Source of the DNA: Acidobacteriota bacterium
GTDB taxonomy: Bacteria > Acidobacteriota > Thermoanaerobaculia > Gp7-AA8
NCBI GenBank assembly: GCA_019244185.1
Contig: JAFATB010000010.1
Location: 57,773 to 121,772, forward strand
Direction of reading: 5' to 3'
DNA: 64,000 bases
Shown here in pieces: positions 49,327-59,044 of this stretch (position 1 is the stretch's first letter; every line of letters starts with the position of its first letter). The notes under the pieces were generated by a model. The model worked only from the letters and a program-made list of their open reading frames with translations, ran no database searches and had not been told where the DNA came from. A program made the position numbers and the translations under genes.

Positions 49327-50700
49327 CTACGCCACCGGCAGCACGTTGCCGTCGATGTCGAGCTCGTGGAGGGGGAACTGCAGGTTGGCGAGGGGGTCGC
49401 GGATCGCGGACGCGTTGCCGACGACGACGATCACGACGCGATCGGGGTCGAGATATTTTTCGGCGACGCGTTGGATTTCGTCCTTCGTCACCGCGGCGAT
49501 GTTTTCGCGGAAGCGGTCGAAGTAATCCTCGGGGAGGCCGTAGAGCTCCATGTCGAGGAGGCGGCCGGCGACGTCGTCGGCGGTTTGCACGGTCGCGGGG
49601 AAGACGCCCATCAGGTAATTCTTTGTGTCCTCGAGCTCGTGCGGTTCCACGTCGCCGGTGCGGATGCGGCGCAGTTCGGCGAGCATTTCGGAGACGGACT
49701 CGCGCGTCACTTCGTTGCGCACGGGCGCGGCGATGACGAATGGGCCGGTTTGGCGGCGGAAGGCGAACTGCGAGCGCGCGCCGTAGGTGTAGCCATGGCG
49801 TTCGCGCAGATTGAGATTGATGCGCGAGTTGAACACGCCGCCGAAGATCGCGTTCATCACGGACAGCGGGAAATAGTCCTCGCACGAGCGCGGCACGCCG
49901 TGGTGGCCGACGCGAATCTCCGACTGGACGGCTTGCGGACGATCGATGAGATAGATGCGGCTCGCGTCGATGGACTGCAGCGAGACCGTGGGGCGCGGCG
50001 GTTCGGGGCCGGGCTGCCAGTCGCCGAGGACGCGGGTGACGAGGGCGAGCGCATCGTCGGGAGTGACGTCGCCGCAGACGACGACGGAGCTGTTGTTCGG
50101 CAGGTAATGCTGCGCGTGGAACTGGCGCACGTCGTCGATGGTGATGCGCGCGACGCTGTCCGCGTTGCCGATGACGGAGTTCCCGTACGCGCCGGTGCCG
50201 TAGAGCAGGCTGGCGAAGCGCTTGCCGGCGATCGCGGCGGGCTCGTTGCGTTGCTGGAGGATCTCGTTGAGGCGTTCCGCGCGCACGCGTTCGAGTCCGT
50301 CTTCGGGGAGCGTTGCGCGCGCGGCGACGTCGCCGAGGATCGCGAAGGAGGGCTCGGTGTTACGGCTGAGGACATCGAGGGAGAGATACGTCGCGTCCCA
50401 GTCGGCGCCGGTGCCGAGCGCGCCGCCGAGGAGGCCGACGTCTTCGGCGAGTTGGATCGCGTCGCGGGAGCCGGCGCCTTCGTCGAGCAGATCGGCGGTG
50501 ATGGCGGCGAGTCCGGCGAGGCGTACGTTGTCGTGATCGGCGCCGGAGCGGACGAGCGTGCGCATGGCCACGAGTGGCGCGTTGTGATTTTCGGCGATGA
50601 GCACGCGCAGGCCGTTCGGCAGCGTCGCGCGCGTGATGTGCGGGAAGTGGTAGGGCCGCGGCGCGGTGGGCGGCGGCGCGGTGGTGCGATCGATCGGCAT
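49327..50700 (-). CDS. M16 family peptidase, non-catalytic subunit
   Basis: TLPNGLRV, SRINLNLRERHGYTYG; no HxxEH motif. Confidence 0.88.
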   Translation of the reverse strand: MPIDRTTAPPPTAPRPYHFPHITRATLPNGLRVLIAENHNAPLVAMRTLVRSGADHDNVRLAGLAAITADLLDEGAGSRDAIQLAEDVGLLGGALGTGADWDATYLSLDVLSRNTEPSFAILGDVAARATLPEDGLERVRAERLNEILQQRNEPAAIAGKRFASLLYGTGAYGNSVIGNADSVARITIDDVRQFHAQHYLPNNSSVVVCGDVTPDDALALVTRVLGDWQPGPEPPRPTVSLQSIDASRIYLIDRPQAVQSEIRVGHHGVPRSCEDYFPLSVMNAIFGGVFNSRINLNLRERHGYTYGARSQFAFRRQTGPFVIAAPVRNEVTRESVSEMLAELRRIRTGDVEPHELEDTKNYLMGVFPATVQTADDVAGRLLDMELYGLPEDYFDRFRENIAAVTKDEIQRVAEKYLDPDRVVIVVVGNASAIRDPLANLQFPLHELDIDGNVLPVA

Positions 50701-51953
50701 CAGTTCTCCGGGACGAAGAGGCTCGTCACGCGATTCTCGGGGATGAGGTACTTGCGGGCGACGTGCGCGAGGTTGTCGGCGGTCGCGGCGCGGTACGGTT
50801 CGAGCCAGCGGTCGATGAGCGACGGATCGCCGAAGTACGTCGACATCATGCCGAGCAGATCGGCGCGGCCGTCGAACGTCTCCAGCTGATGCGCGTGCTC
50901 CACCTCGGCGCGGTTCTTCGCGCGCGTCAGCTCGTCTTCGGTGATGCCGTCGATGGCCACGCGCGCGATCTCCGCGTCGACGGCGGCTTCGATCTGCTCG
51001 ATGGCGACGCCTTCACGTGCGGTGGCTTGCAGCAGCAGCATGCCGGTCGACTCCGTCGGAAGGACGTACGTCGTCACGTCCTGCGCGATCTGTTGTTCGT
51101 GCACGAGCACGCGATCGAGGCGGCTCGCTTTGTCGGACGCGAGGATCGTCGTCAGCAGGTCGGCGTGAATCCAGTCCGCCTCGCCCATCTTCGGCAGGTG
51201 GTAGAGGCGGTACATGCGCGGCAGCTGGATGTTCGTCGGGAACGTCTCGCGGAGCTCGTGGCCCGCGGGCTTGCGCGTGAGCGTGAACTGCGGGAACGAG
51301 CCGCCGGGCTGGATGTCGGCGAAGTACTGCTCGATGAGGCGCTTCGCCTCGTCGGGCGCGAAGTCGCCGACGACGGTGAGCGTCGCGTTGTCGGGGCGGT
51401 ACCAGGTGGCGAAGAACGCGCGGATGTCGTCGAGCGAGGCGGCGCCGAGGTCCTCCATCGAGCCGATGGTCGGCCAGTGGTAGGAGTAGTCGGAGTCGTA
51501 GGCGAGGTTCAGCAGGCGCTCGAACGCGGTGCCGTACGGCACGTTGTCGTAGCGCTGGCGGCGCTCTTCCTTCACGACCTCGCGCTGGATGTCGAGCTTC
51601 TCCTGCGTGAGCGCGGGGAGGAAGAAGCCCATGCGATCGGACTCGAGCCAAAGCCCGAGCGCGAGGTAGTTCGACGGGAGCGTCTCGAAGTAATTCGTGC
51701 GATCGAAGAAGGTCGTGCCGTTCAGCACGCCGCCGACGGACTGCACGTAGCGAAAGTGCTCGTTGTTGCCGATGTGCTCGGAGCCGGAGAAGAGCATGTG
51801 CTCGAAGAGATGCGCGAAGCCGGTGCGCCCCGGCCGCTCGTTCTTCGAGCCGACGTGGTACCAGAGGTTGATCGCCACCAGCGGCGCGGAGTGATCTTCA
51901 TTGAGCACGACGCGCAGGCCGTTGGGAAGGCGGTAGGTGTCGAGGGGAAGCAT
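50700..51953 (-). CDS. M16 family peptidase, catalytic subunit
   Basis: GFAHLFEHMLF, NGTTFFDRTNYFE, WLESDRM. Confidence 0.92.
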   Translation of the reverse strand: MLPLDTYRLPNGLRVVLNEDHSAPLVAINLWYHVGSKNERPGRTGFAHLFEHMLFSGSEHIGNNEHFRYVQSVGGVLNGTTFFDRTNYFETLPSNYLALGLWLESDRMGFFLPALTQEKLDIQREVVKEERRQRYDNVPYGTAFERLLNLAYDSDYSYHWPTIGSMEDLGAASLDDIRAFFATWYRPDNATLTVVGDFAPDEAKRLIEQYFADIQPGGSFPQFTLTRKPAGHELRETFPTNIQLPRMYRLYHLPKMGEADWIHADLLTTILASDKASRLDRVLVHEQQIAQDVTTYVLPTESTGMLLLQATAREGVAIEQIEAAVDAEIARVAIDGITEDELTRAKNRAEVEHAHQLETFDGRADLLGMMSTYFGDPSLIDRWLEPYRAATADNLAHVARKYLIPENRVTSLFVPEN

Positions 51954-51982
51954 GGGAGGAGGGTTTTATCACGGAGAAACGG

Positions 51983-52084
51983 TGAATGAAGAACGCAGAA
52001 CGCAGAATGAAGAATGAAGAAAGGAGCACCGAGCGCGGGTCCCCTTTCTCAATTCTTCATTCTGCGTTCTGCGTTCTTCATTCA
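51983..52084. repeat. Heptamer-unit palindrome, copy B
   Basis: Same 31-bp core as copy A, present in both orientations. Confidence 0.9.
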
Positions 52085-52105
52085 TGCTTTATCCTTCCCG
52101 GGCAC

Positions 52106-52747
52106 ATGCCGCCTCTTCCGTTCCGCCACCTCGCTGTCGAGGGTCCGATCGGGGTCGGGAAGACGTCGCTGACGAATCTTTTGGCGAAGCGGTTTCGCGG
52201 GACGAAGGTGCTCGAGGACGTCGACAATCCGTTCCTCGACGACTTCTACAAGGACAAGCGCGGCGCGGCGTTCCGGACGGAGCTCTTCTTCCTCCTCTCG
52301 CGCTTCGATCAGCAGCGGCAGGTGGCGCAGCGCGATCTCTTCACAGAGCTCATCCTCGCGGACTACACCTTCGCGAAGAGCAAGATTTTTGCTTATCTCA
52401 CGCTCGACGACTCGGAGCTGATGATCTACAACCGGCTCTACGACCTGCTGTACGAGCAGGTGCCGAAGCCGGAGTTGGTCATTTACCTCCAGGGAAGTCT
52501 TGATACACTCTCGAAGCGCATCAAAAAGCGCGGGCGTGCGTACGAAAAAGCGATCTCGCCCTCGTATTTGCAGGAACTGAGCGAGGCGTACTCTCACTAC
52601 TTTTACCGGTACGACGAGACGCCGTTGCTGGTGGTGAATACGAACGAGATCGACTTCGTGAACACGCCCGAGCACTTCGACCAGCTCGTGGAGCAGGTAC
52701 GAAGCGCGCAAAAGGGAACGCAGTACTACGTACCGCTTGGATCCTGA
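52106..52747 (+). CDS. Deoxynucleoside kinase
   Basis: AVEGPIGVGKTSL, NPFLDDFY, RIKKRGRAYE; located upstream of panB. Confidence 0.9.
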   Translation: MPPLPFRHLAVEGPIGVGKTSLTNLLAKRFRGTKVLEDVDNPFLDDFYKDKRGAAFRTELFFLLSRFDQQRQVAQRDLFTELILADYTFAKSKIFAYLTLDDSELMIYNRLYDLLYEQVPKPELVIYLQGSLDTLSKRIKKRGRAYEKAISPSYLQELSEAYSHYFYRYDETPLLVVNTNEIDFVNTPEHFDQLVEQVRSAQKGTQYYVPLGS

Positions 52748-52782
52748 GTTCGCGGACCGAGACGAAGCGTAGAACGTTGATT

Positions 52783-52853
52783 GATGATCGATGAACGATG
52801 AGCGATGAACCGGGGCCGAGTGCCCGTTCATCGTTCATCGTCCATCGCTCATC
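52783..52853. repeat. Heptamer palindrome (GATGAAC type) upstream of panB
   Basis: gatgatc gatgaac gatgagc gatgaac ... gttcatc gttcatc gtccatc gctcatc. Confidence 0.8.
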
Positions 52854-52895
52854 CTTCCCGTTCGCCGCCTCCTTTCGGCCGAAAAGGAGGAGCAG

Positions 52896-53786
52896 ATGAA
52901 AAAGACCACGGTTCCCGCGATCCGCGCGATGAAAGGCTCGTCGCGCATCGGCATGCTCACCGCCTACGACTATCCCTCCGCGCGCGTCGCCGACGCCGCC
53001 GGCGCGGACATCCTGCTCGTCGGCGATTCGCTGGCGATGGTCGTCCTCGGCTATCCCGACACGCTGAGCGTCACCGTCGACGACATGCTCCACCACACCC
53101 GCGCCGTCGCGCGCGGCACCAAGTCGGCGCTCATCGTCGGCGACATGCCGTACCTCTCGTATCACGTCTCCGCCGAAGAAGCGGTGCGCAATGCCGGCCG
53201 TTTCATTCAGGCCGGCGCGAACGCGGTGAAAGTCGAAGGCGCGAAGCCGAGCCGCCTCCGCGCGATCGAGGCGATTCTCGACGCCGAGATCCCGGTGATG
53301 GGCCACATCGGACTCACGCCGCAATCCGTCAACGCCCTCGGCGGCTTCAAGCTGCAGGGCAAGCACGCCGACGACGCGCGCCGGCTCATCGACGAGGCGG
53401 CCGCGCTCGAGCACGCCGGCTGTTTCTCCGTCGTCCTCGAATGCGTTCCCTCCGAGCTCGCGGCGATGATCACCGAGCGCCTGACGATTCCCACCATCGG
53501 CATCGGCGCCGGCCCCTCCTGCGACGGTCAAGTCCTTGTCTTTCACGACGTCCTCGGCATCTACGACGGCCACACGCCGAAGTTCGTCCGCCAGTACGCG
53601 CACGTCGCGCAGACCATGCAGTCGGCGCTCGAGGCGTATCTCGCCGACGTCCGCGGCGGCCAGTTCCCCGACGAGCAGAAGGAGTCGTTCCACATGGCCA
53701 GCGACGAGGAACTGAAGCGCCTCTACGCCGCGCGCGAGCAGGCGGAGGAGAGCGTCGGCGTGGTGGTGGAGATGCCGCGAGGATGA
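52896..53786 (+). CDS. panB: 3-methyl-2-oxobutanoate hydroxymethyltransferase
   Basis: MLTAYD, LVGDSL, GHIGLTPQ, GIGAG..CDGQVLV. Confidence 0.96.
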   Translation: MKKTTVPAIRAMKGSSRIGMLTAYDYPSARVADAAGADILLVGDSLAMVVLGYPDTLSVTVDDMLHHTRAVARGTKSALIVGDMPYLSYHVSAEEAVRNAGRFIQAGANAVKVEGAKPSRLRAIEAILDAEIPVMGHIGLTPQSVNALGGFKLQGKHADDARRLIDEAAALEHAGCFSVVLECVPSELAAMITERLTIPTIGIGAGPSCDGQVLVFHDVLGIYDGHTPKFVRQYAHVAQTMQSALEAYLADVRGGQFPDEQKESFHMASDEELKRLYAAREQAEESVGVVVEMPRG

Positions 53787-54637
53787 AGCTGGCGCGCACC
53801 ATCGAAGAAGTGCGCGACGCCGTCCGCACCGCGCGCATGCACGGCGCATCGATCGGCTTCGTGCCGACGATGGGCTTTCTGCACGAAGGGCATCTGTCGC
53901 TCGTCGACGTCGCGCGCGACGCCGGCGCGAACTTCGTCGTCGTCTCCATCTTCGTCAACCCGCGGCAGTTCGGTCCGAACGAAGATTTCACGCGGTACCC
54001 GCGCGACGAGGAGCGCGACTCCGCGCTGCTCGAAGGCGCGAATGTCGATCTCTTGTTTCTGCCCGACGTCGACACGATGTATCCGCGCGGCGCGACCACG
54101 GCGATCTCCGTCGGCGGCGTCGCGGCGCCGCTCGAAGGCGCGCGGCGTCCCGGCCACTTCGACGGCGTCGCGACGGTCGTGGCGAAGCTCTTCAACATCG
54201 TGCAGCCCGACGTGGCCGCGTTCGGGCGCAAGGACGCGCAACAGTGCGCGGTGATCGAGCGGCTCGTGCGCGATCTCGATCTGCCGCTGCGGCTCGTCTT
54301 CGGCGAGACGATTCGCGAGCACGACGGCCTCGCGAAGTCGTCGCGCAATAGCTACCTCGATGCGAGCGAGCGCGCGAAGGCGCCGGTGCTTCATCGCGCG
54401 TTGCGCGCGGGCGAGGAGGCGATCACGCACGGGATCGCGGAGGTCGCCGGCATCGAGCGGCTGATGCACCGCGTCGTCGAGGAAGAAGGCGGCGTCGAGG
54501 TCGACTATCTCGCCGTCGTCGATCCGTCGACGTTCGAGGCGCCGGCCGATTTCGAGCGCGAACTGCTGCTCGCCGGCGCGGTGAAGCTCGGACGCACGCG
54601 GCTCATCGACAACATCCGCGTGCCGCGTAGCGCATGA
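53783..54637 (+). CDS. panC: Pantoate-beta-alanine ligase
   Basis: VPTMGFLHEGHLSL, SIFVNPRQF, RPGHFDGV, GLAKSSRN, RLIDN. Confidence 0.96.
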   Translation: MKLARTIEEVRDAVRTARMHGASIGFVPTMGFLHEGHLSLVDVARDAGANFVVVSIFVNPRQFGPNEDFTRYPRDEERDSALLEGANVDLLFLPDVDTMYPRGATTAISVGGVAAPLEGARRPGHFDGVATVVAKLFNIVQPDVAAFGRKDAQQCAVIERLVRDLDLPLRLVFGETIREHDGLAKSSRNSYLDASERAKAPVLHRALRAGEEAITHGIAEVAGIERLMHRVVEEEGGVEVDYLAVVDPSTFEAPADFERELLLAGAVKLGRTRLIDNIRVPRSA

Positions 54638-54975
54638 TCCGAAGGTTCGTCCGCGCCGTCGTCCGCAACGCCACCGTCACGCACGGCGACGCGCTCGCGT
54701 TGCGGCTCGATCCGGTCGTGCTGCGCTCCGCGAACCTCCTGCCGCTCGAGGAAGTGGAAGTGGTCAACCACTTGACCGGCGAGCGCGTGACGACGTTCGT
54801 CGAGGCCGGCGCGCCGGGCGAGATCCGCGCGCCGCGCATGCGCGCCGGCGACGCGATCAGCATCCTCTCGTGGGGCCTGCTGCACGACGGGCAGACGCTC
54901 GCGCATCAGGCCACGATCGTCACGCTCGACGCGCACAACGGCGTGGTCAGCATCGCTACTTCACAAAATCAATGA
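54634..54975 (+). CDS. panD: Degenerate aspartate 1-decarboxylase homolog lacking the GS cleavage site
   Basis: Follows panC; retains ATVT, LLPLEEV.V.N..TGER..T, GD.I.I but not the catalytic residues. Confidence 0.65.
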   Translation: MIRRFVRAVVRNATVTHGDALALRLDPVVLRSANLLPLEEVEVVNHLTGERVTTFVEAGAPGEIRAPRMRAGDAISILSWGLLHDGQTLAHQATIVTLDAHNGVVSIATSQNQ

Positions 54976-56413
54976 AGCCACGCTCCGCGTCCGCGCCGAC
55001 GAGCTTCACCTTCACGCGGTCGCCGATGTCGAGCCCCTCCGCGCCGTGCACCACTTTCCCTTCGACCGGCGGATGGAAGATGCGCACCCACGTGCCCTTC
55101 GCCGAAGCACCCGTGACGATGCCGTCGAAGCGCTCGCCGATGCGGTTGCCGAGCATCATCGCCGCGGCCGACTTCCGCACCTGACGCTCGACCTTGTTCG
55201 CCGCGTCTTCCTGTTTCGTGCAGTGCTCGGCCAGCGCGCCGAGCTCCTCGAACGTGTACGGCTGCGGCGCGTTCGCGAGCGCGGCCTTGATCATGCGGTG
55301 CGTGATCAGGTCCGGGAAGCGGCGGTTCGGCGCGGTGGAGTGCGTGTAGTCCTTCACCGCGAGGCCGAAGTGGCCGACCGGCTCCGCGCCCGCCGCCTCG
55401 ACGACGTACTCGCCCGCGCCCATCGCCTTCACGATCGCGAGTGAGAGGTCGGGGAAGCGCGTCGGATCGGCCTTTTTCCGCCGCCGCAGGAACTCCTCGA
55501 GCGCGGGCGCATCTGGGTCGGGCGGCAGCCGCTCGCCCAGCTCCTCGGCGATTTTCTCGATGCGGTCCCAGCGCTCGGGCGAGCGCACGACGCGGCGGAT
55601 GCTCGGCAGTTTGTGGTCGCCGAGGAAACGGGCGGTGACGCCGTTTGCGGCGATCATGAAGTCCTCGATGAGCATGCGCGCGTTGTTGCGCTGTGCCTGC
55701 GCGAGGTCGACGACCTGGCCGTCGCGGATGACCGGCCGCGCCTCGATGGTCTCGAGATCGAGCGCGCCGTGCTCGTGCCGCAGCTCGCGCAGCGCGTCGG
55801 CGGTGCGGTCCTGCAGGCGCAGGTTATCTTCGAGTCCTTCGACGCGCGCGAGCGCTTCCGGCGCGTCCGCCTTGCCGTCGAGCCACGCGGCGACGGAGTC
55901 GTACGCGAGCTTGGCCTTGTTCTGGACGAGCCCGCGGTAGACGTCGCCTTTCACGACCGAGCCGTCGCTGGCGACGGTGATGTCGATGATCATGGCGACG
56001 CGCTCCTCGCCTTCGTTGAGCGAGGTGAGATCGAACGAGAGCTTCTCGGGGAGCATTGAGAAGACTTTCGCCGCGGTGTAGACGGAGGTCGTGTTCGTCT
56101 CCGCGTGGCGGTCGATCGGCGTGCCCTTCTTCACGACGGCGTCGACGTCCGCGACGGCGACGAGCACGCGGATGTTGCCATCCGGCAGCGTCTCGGCCCA
56201 GGTGAGCTGATCGAGATCGCGCGAGTCGTCGTTGTCGATCGAGCACCACGCGAGAGAGCGCAGGTCTTTGACGGACGGATCGCTGTCGCGCGCGGGGCCG
56301 TTGATGCCGGCGAGCTGACGCTGGACGTCGGGGCCGAAGTCGGGCTCGAGCCCCTTGTCGCGCATGGCGTCGTGGGCGATCTCGTCGAGAACCTGTTCGT
56401 GCTTGCGATTCAT
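54956..56413 (-). CDS. RNB-domain exoribonuclease (RNase II/R-like) with C-terminal S1
   Basis: SIDNDDSRDLDQ, LIEDFMIAAN, HFGLAVKDYTHSTAPNRRFPDL. Confidence 0.92.
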   Translation of the reverse strand: MNRKHEQVLDEIAHDAMRDKGLEPDFGPDVQRQLAGINGPARDSDPSVKDLRSLAWCSIDNDDSRDLDQLTWAETLPDGNIRVLVAVADVDAVVKKGTPIDRHAETNTTSVYTAAKVFSMLPEKLSFDLTSLNEGEERVAMIIDITVASDGSVVKGDVYRGLVQNKAKLAYDSVAAWLDGKADAPEALARVEGLEDNLRLQDRTADALRELRHEHGALDLETIEARPVIRDGQVVDLAQAQRNNARMLIEDFMIAANGVTARFLGDHKLPSIRRVVRSPERWDRIEKIAEELGERLPPDPDAPALEEFLRRRKKADPTRFPDLSLAIVKAMGAGEYVVEAAGAEPVGHFGLAVKDYTHSTAPNRRFPDLITHRMIKAALANAPQPYTFEELGALAEHCTKQEDAANKVERQVRKSAAAMMLGNRIGERFDGIVTGASAKGTWVRIFHPPVEGKVVHGAEGLDIGDRVKVKLVGADAERGFIDFVK

Positions 56414-56437
56414 GGCCGGGGACGTTATCACCATGCG

Positions 56438-57748
56438 GTGGAACTTGCCGCTGCCGGCGATCGTGCCGTCGTCGTCGCGTTGGGCGACGCGACCGCGGAC
56501 GAACTGCACGCGGCGGCGGCGCGCGTGCGCGAGGTCGCGGGCGTCGTCGCCGTGATTCCGGGGCATTCGTCGCTGTATGTGATCGGCGGCGCGCGCGACG
56601 CCATCCGTGAGGCGCTGCAGTCACCGCAAGCAGCGCACGACGCAACGGCCGCAACGCGCCGCGTACGCGTCTCGTTCGATGGTCAAGACCTTGACGAGTT
56701 CCTCGCGCGGACGTCGCAGGCGCGCGCGTCATTCCTCGCGCGCGTCGACGGCCTGCAGCTCCGCGCGCGTTACCTCGGCTTCCGCGCCGGCTTCGCGTAT
56801 CTCGACGGCTGGCCCGCGGAATGGGCGATGCCGCGCCGTCCGACGTCGCGTCCGGTGCCGCGCGGCTCGTTCGCGATCGGCGGCGCCGTGGCCGGCTTCT
56901 ATCCGATCGACACGCCGGGCGGCTGGAATCTCCTCGGCCGCACGGACGCCGAGCTCGCGCACGCAATCGCGCCGGGCGACGTGCTGGTCATCGAAGTGTC
57001 GGACGAGCCGCTCGCGCCGCCGCCGCTGCCGAAGCCGCCACGACTGGCGCTCGACGACGCGGAGATTCTCGCCGCGCCGCTGGCGACGCTCGTCACGCCG
57101 CATCCCGACTGGTCGCGCGTCCTGCGCGGCACCGCGCCCGGCGGCGCGTTCGATCGGCAGGCCGCCGAACTCGCGAATGCGGCCGTCGGCAACGACGCGA
57201 ACGCGCCTCTCCTTGAATGCGCGATGAGCGGTCCGCGACTGCGGTTCATCCGCGAGCGCGTCGTCGCGTTCTGCGGTCCGCGTCTGGACGTGCGGGTGCA
57301 GCGCGTGCGCGCCGGCGAAGAGCTCGCGATCGGACGCATCGAAGGCGGCTTGCGCGGCTACCTCGCGATCGGCGCGCGCGCAGTGCACGTCGACGCGCCG
57401 TCACGCGACGACGACCGCCGCATCATTCGCGCGATGCGCGGCCCGCACGACGTCGGCCTCGCGGAAGTCGCATGCGAAGTCACGCCGCAGCTCGATCGCG
57501 TCGGCGTGCGTCTGCGTCCATTGCAACGCATCGCCGCGGACATCCCCGCGGACCTGCGCTCCCTCGGCATGCAATGCGGCACCGTGCAACTGCATCCCGA
57601 CGGCAGCCTCGTGGCGATGGGGCCGGAGCATCCGGTCACCGGCGGCTATCTGCAGCCGATGACCGTGCTCTCGGGCGAGACGTGGAAGCTCGCCCAGCTC
57701 GTGCCGGGCGAGCGCGTCACGTTGGTCGCTCAGCCGCCGTACGAGTAG
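56438..57748 (+). CDS. Fused PxpB/PxpC-like (5-oxoprolinase / allophanate hydrolase subunits)
   Basis: GDRAVVV, LGFRAGFAYL, YPIDTPGGWNLLGRT, GAFD..AAELANAAVGN, DRVGVRL, TGGY. Confidence 0.8.
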   Translation: MELAAAGDRAVVVALGDATADELHAAAARVREVAGVVAVIPGHSSLYVIGGARDAIREALQSPQAAHDATAATRRVRVSFDGQDLDEFLARTSQARASFLARVDGLQLRARYLGFRAGFAYLDGWPAEWAMPRRPTSRPVPRGSFAIGGAVAGFYPIDTPGGWNLLGRTDAELAHAIAPGDVLVIEVSDEPLAPPPLPKPPRLALDDAEILAAPLATLVTPHPDWSRVLRGTAPGGAFDRQAAELANAAVGNDANAPLLECAMSGPRLRFIRERVVAFCGPRLDVRVQRVRAGEELAIGRIEGGLRGYLAIGARAVHVDAPSRDDDRRIIRAMRGPHDVGLAEVACEVTPQLDRVGVRLRPLQRIAADIPADLRSLGMQCGTVQLHPDGSLVAMGPEHPVTGGYLQPMTVLSGETWKLAQLVPGERVTLVAQPPYE

Positions 57749-58791
57749 CCGGCGCGCGCGTTCACGCGCAGCTTCGGCTGGTTGCGCACGGAGACGCTGA
57801 CCTTCTGGAAGCCGGCGTCGCTCGCGCCGTGCTTCGTCCTGTAACTAAGTAAATAGTAGCCGTTGTTCGTATTGTCGATCTGCGTCAGCGCCGGCTCGAA
57901 GCTCGTGTTGAACTCGAAGTAGCGGCCGCCGGTCGCCTGCGCGAACTCGTTGAGACGCTGGTGAATGGCAGGCGTCAGGTCGACGTCGCGCTGCAACTGG
58001 ATCGGATAGACCGACACGTTCGCGGCGTTGAGCGACTGGAGCGCGGGATCGAGAAACGGGCTGCGGCTCACGGCCATGCCCGCCTTCACCATCTCGGTGG
58101 GATCGAGCACGCCCGGCGAGAAGAGCACGAGGTTCTTGCGCGCGCGGATCGGGCGCAGCGCATCGCCGAGCAGATCGAGCGCCTCGTACACGGTGCCGCT
58201 GTGGTTGACCATCGAGCCGGAGTCGATCGTGCGCAGGATCGACGGCGCGTCCGTGCTGCCGCCCGACTTCAGGCCCGGGCCGAAGCGCAGCGCCTCGTCG
58301 AGCGCGCGCTGGAGCTGCTTCTTGTCGCTGGTGAAGTCGCTGTAGATCTTGAGCCGTCCGTCGTGGCCGGCGATGGCGACGCGATCGGTGGCGAGCATGC
58401 GCTTGTCGATGAAGCGTCGCGCGGCGTCGCGCGCGCGGTTGAGCTCATCGAACAGCACGCCGGGATCGTTCGGCTTGTCGAAGAAGAAGACGAAGTAGCG
58501 GTCCTCGCGCACGCGTTCGACCTTGAACGGCGCGTTCTCCTCGCGGGCATCGAGCAGGCGGCGGTTCGTGAAGTAGTCGACGGATTCGAGCGGCTGCTCG
58601 ACGCCGTTTTCCTTCACCACGAAATCGTCCTTGCCGAGGCCGAGGATCTGGTGGCCCTGGGCATCGGTGACGATTGCGTCGAGGAGCACGACGTTGACGT
58701 CGACTTTCTCCTGATACGCGGGCTGCTGCGTTTGCGCTGCAAGCGGGAGGACGAGTGCGAGAAGCGCCGGAAGAACTGCTGAGCGTCTCAT
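57730..58791 (-). CDS. Acidobacterial-type secreted VWA-domain protein
   Basis: Signal peptide; VDVNVVLLDAIVTD..G..I.GL.KDDF.V.ENG; RKNLVLFSPG; ATGG; YLLSY; ARAGY. Confidence 0.85.
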   Translation of the reverse strand: MRRSAVLPALLALVLPLAAQTQQPAYQEKVDVNVVLLDAIVTDAQGHQILGLGKDDFVVKENGVEQPLESVDYFTNRRLLDAREENAPFKVERVREDRYFVFFFDKPNDPGVLFDELNRARDAARRFIDKRMLATDRVAIAGHDGRLKIYSDFTSDKKQLQRALDEALRFGPGLKSGGSTDAPSILRTIDSGSMVNHSGTVYEALDLLGDALRPIRARKNLVLFSPGVLDPTEMVKAGMAVSRSPFLDPALQSLNAANVSVYPIQLQRDVDLTPAIHQRLNEFAQATGGRYFEFNTSFEPALTQIDNTNNGYYLLSYRTKHGASDAGFQKVSVSVRNQPKLRVNARAGYSYGG

Positions 58792-58888
58792 GAGAAAACC
58801 TCCGCATCTGCCAACGGCACCCGCGCGGGACCGATTCCGCTGTAACAGAAGGTTGCGCGACCCGGAATGACTTCCCGCCACGTCCCGT

Positions 58889-58917
58889 TTGACCGACCGG
58901 CGCGAAATCACTAGAAT
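58889..58917 (+). promoter_or_regulatory. Sigma70-type promoter of tRNA-Pro
   Basis: TTGACC-N17-TAGAAT followed by a GC-rich discriminator. Confidence 0.75.
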
Positions 58918-58958
58918 CCGCGCCTCCTCGGATGAGCCTCCCGCTCGTCCATCCATTT

Positions 58959-59036
58959 CGGGGCATAGCTCAGCCTGGTCAGAGCGCACGGTTCGGGACC
59001 GTGAGGTCGGAGGTTCAAATCCTCTTGCCCCGACCA
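58959..59036 (+). tRNA. tRNA-Pro(CGG)
   Basis: Acceptor stem CGGGGCA/TGCCCCG + ACCA; anticodon arm CACGG-TTCGGGA-CCGTG; T-loop GTTCAAATC. Confidence 0.97.
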
Positions 59037-59044
59037 ATTTCCCT

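Noticed and set aside
51986-52105. MKNAERRMKNEE... N-terminal extensions of the nucleoside kinase and DUF4177 ORFs
   Set aside because: They are translations of the heptamer palindromes; downstream ATGs (52106, 62440) match the family N-termini
58959-59036. tRNA-Pro as a genomic-island integration site
   Set aside because: No integrase, no duplicated tRNA 3' end noticed, and housekeeping genes lie on both sides
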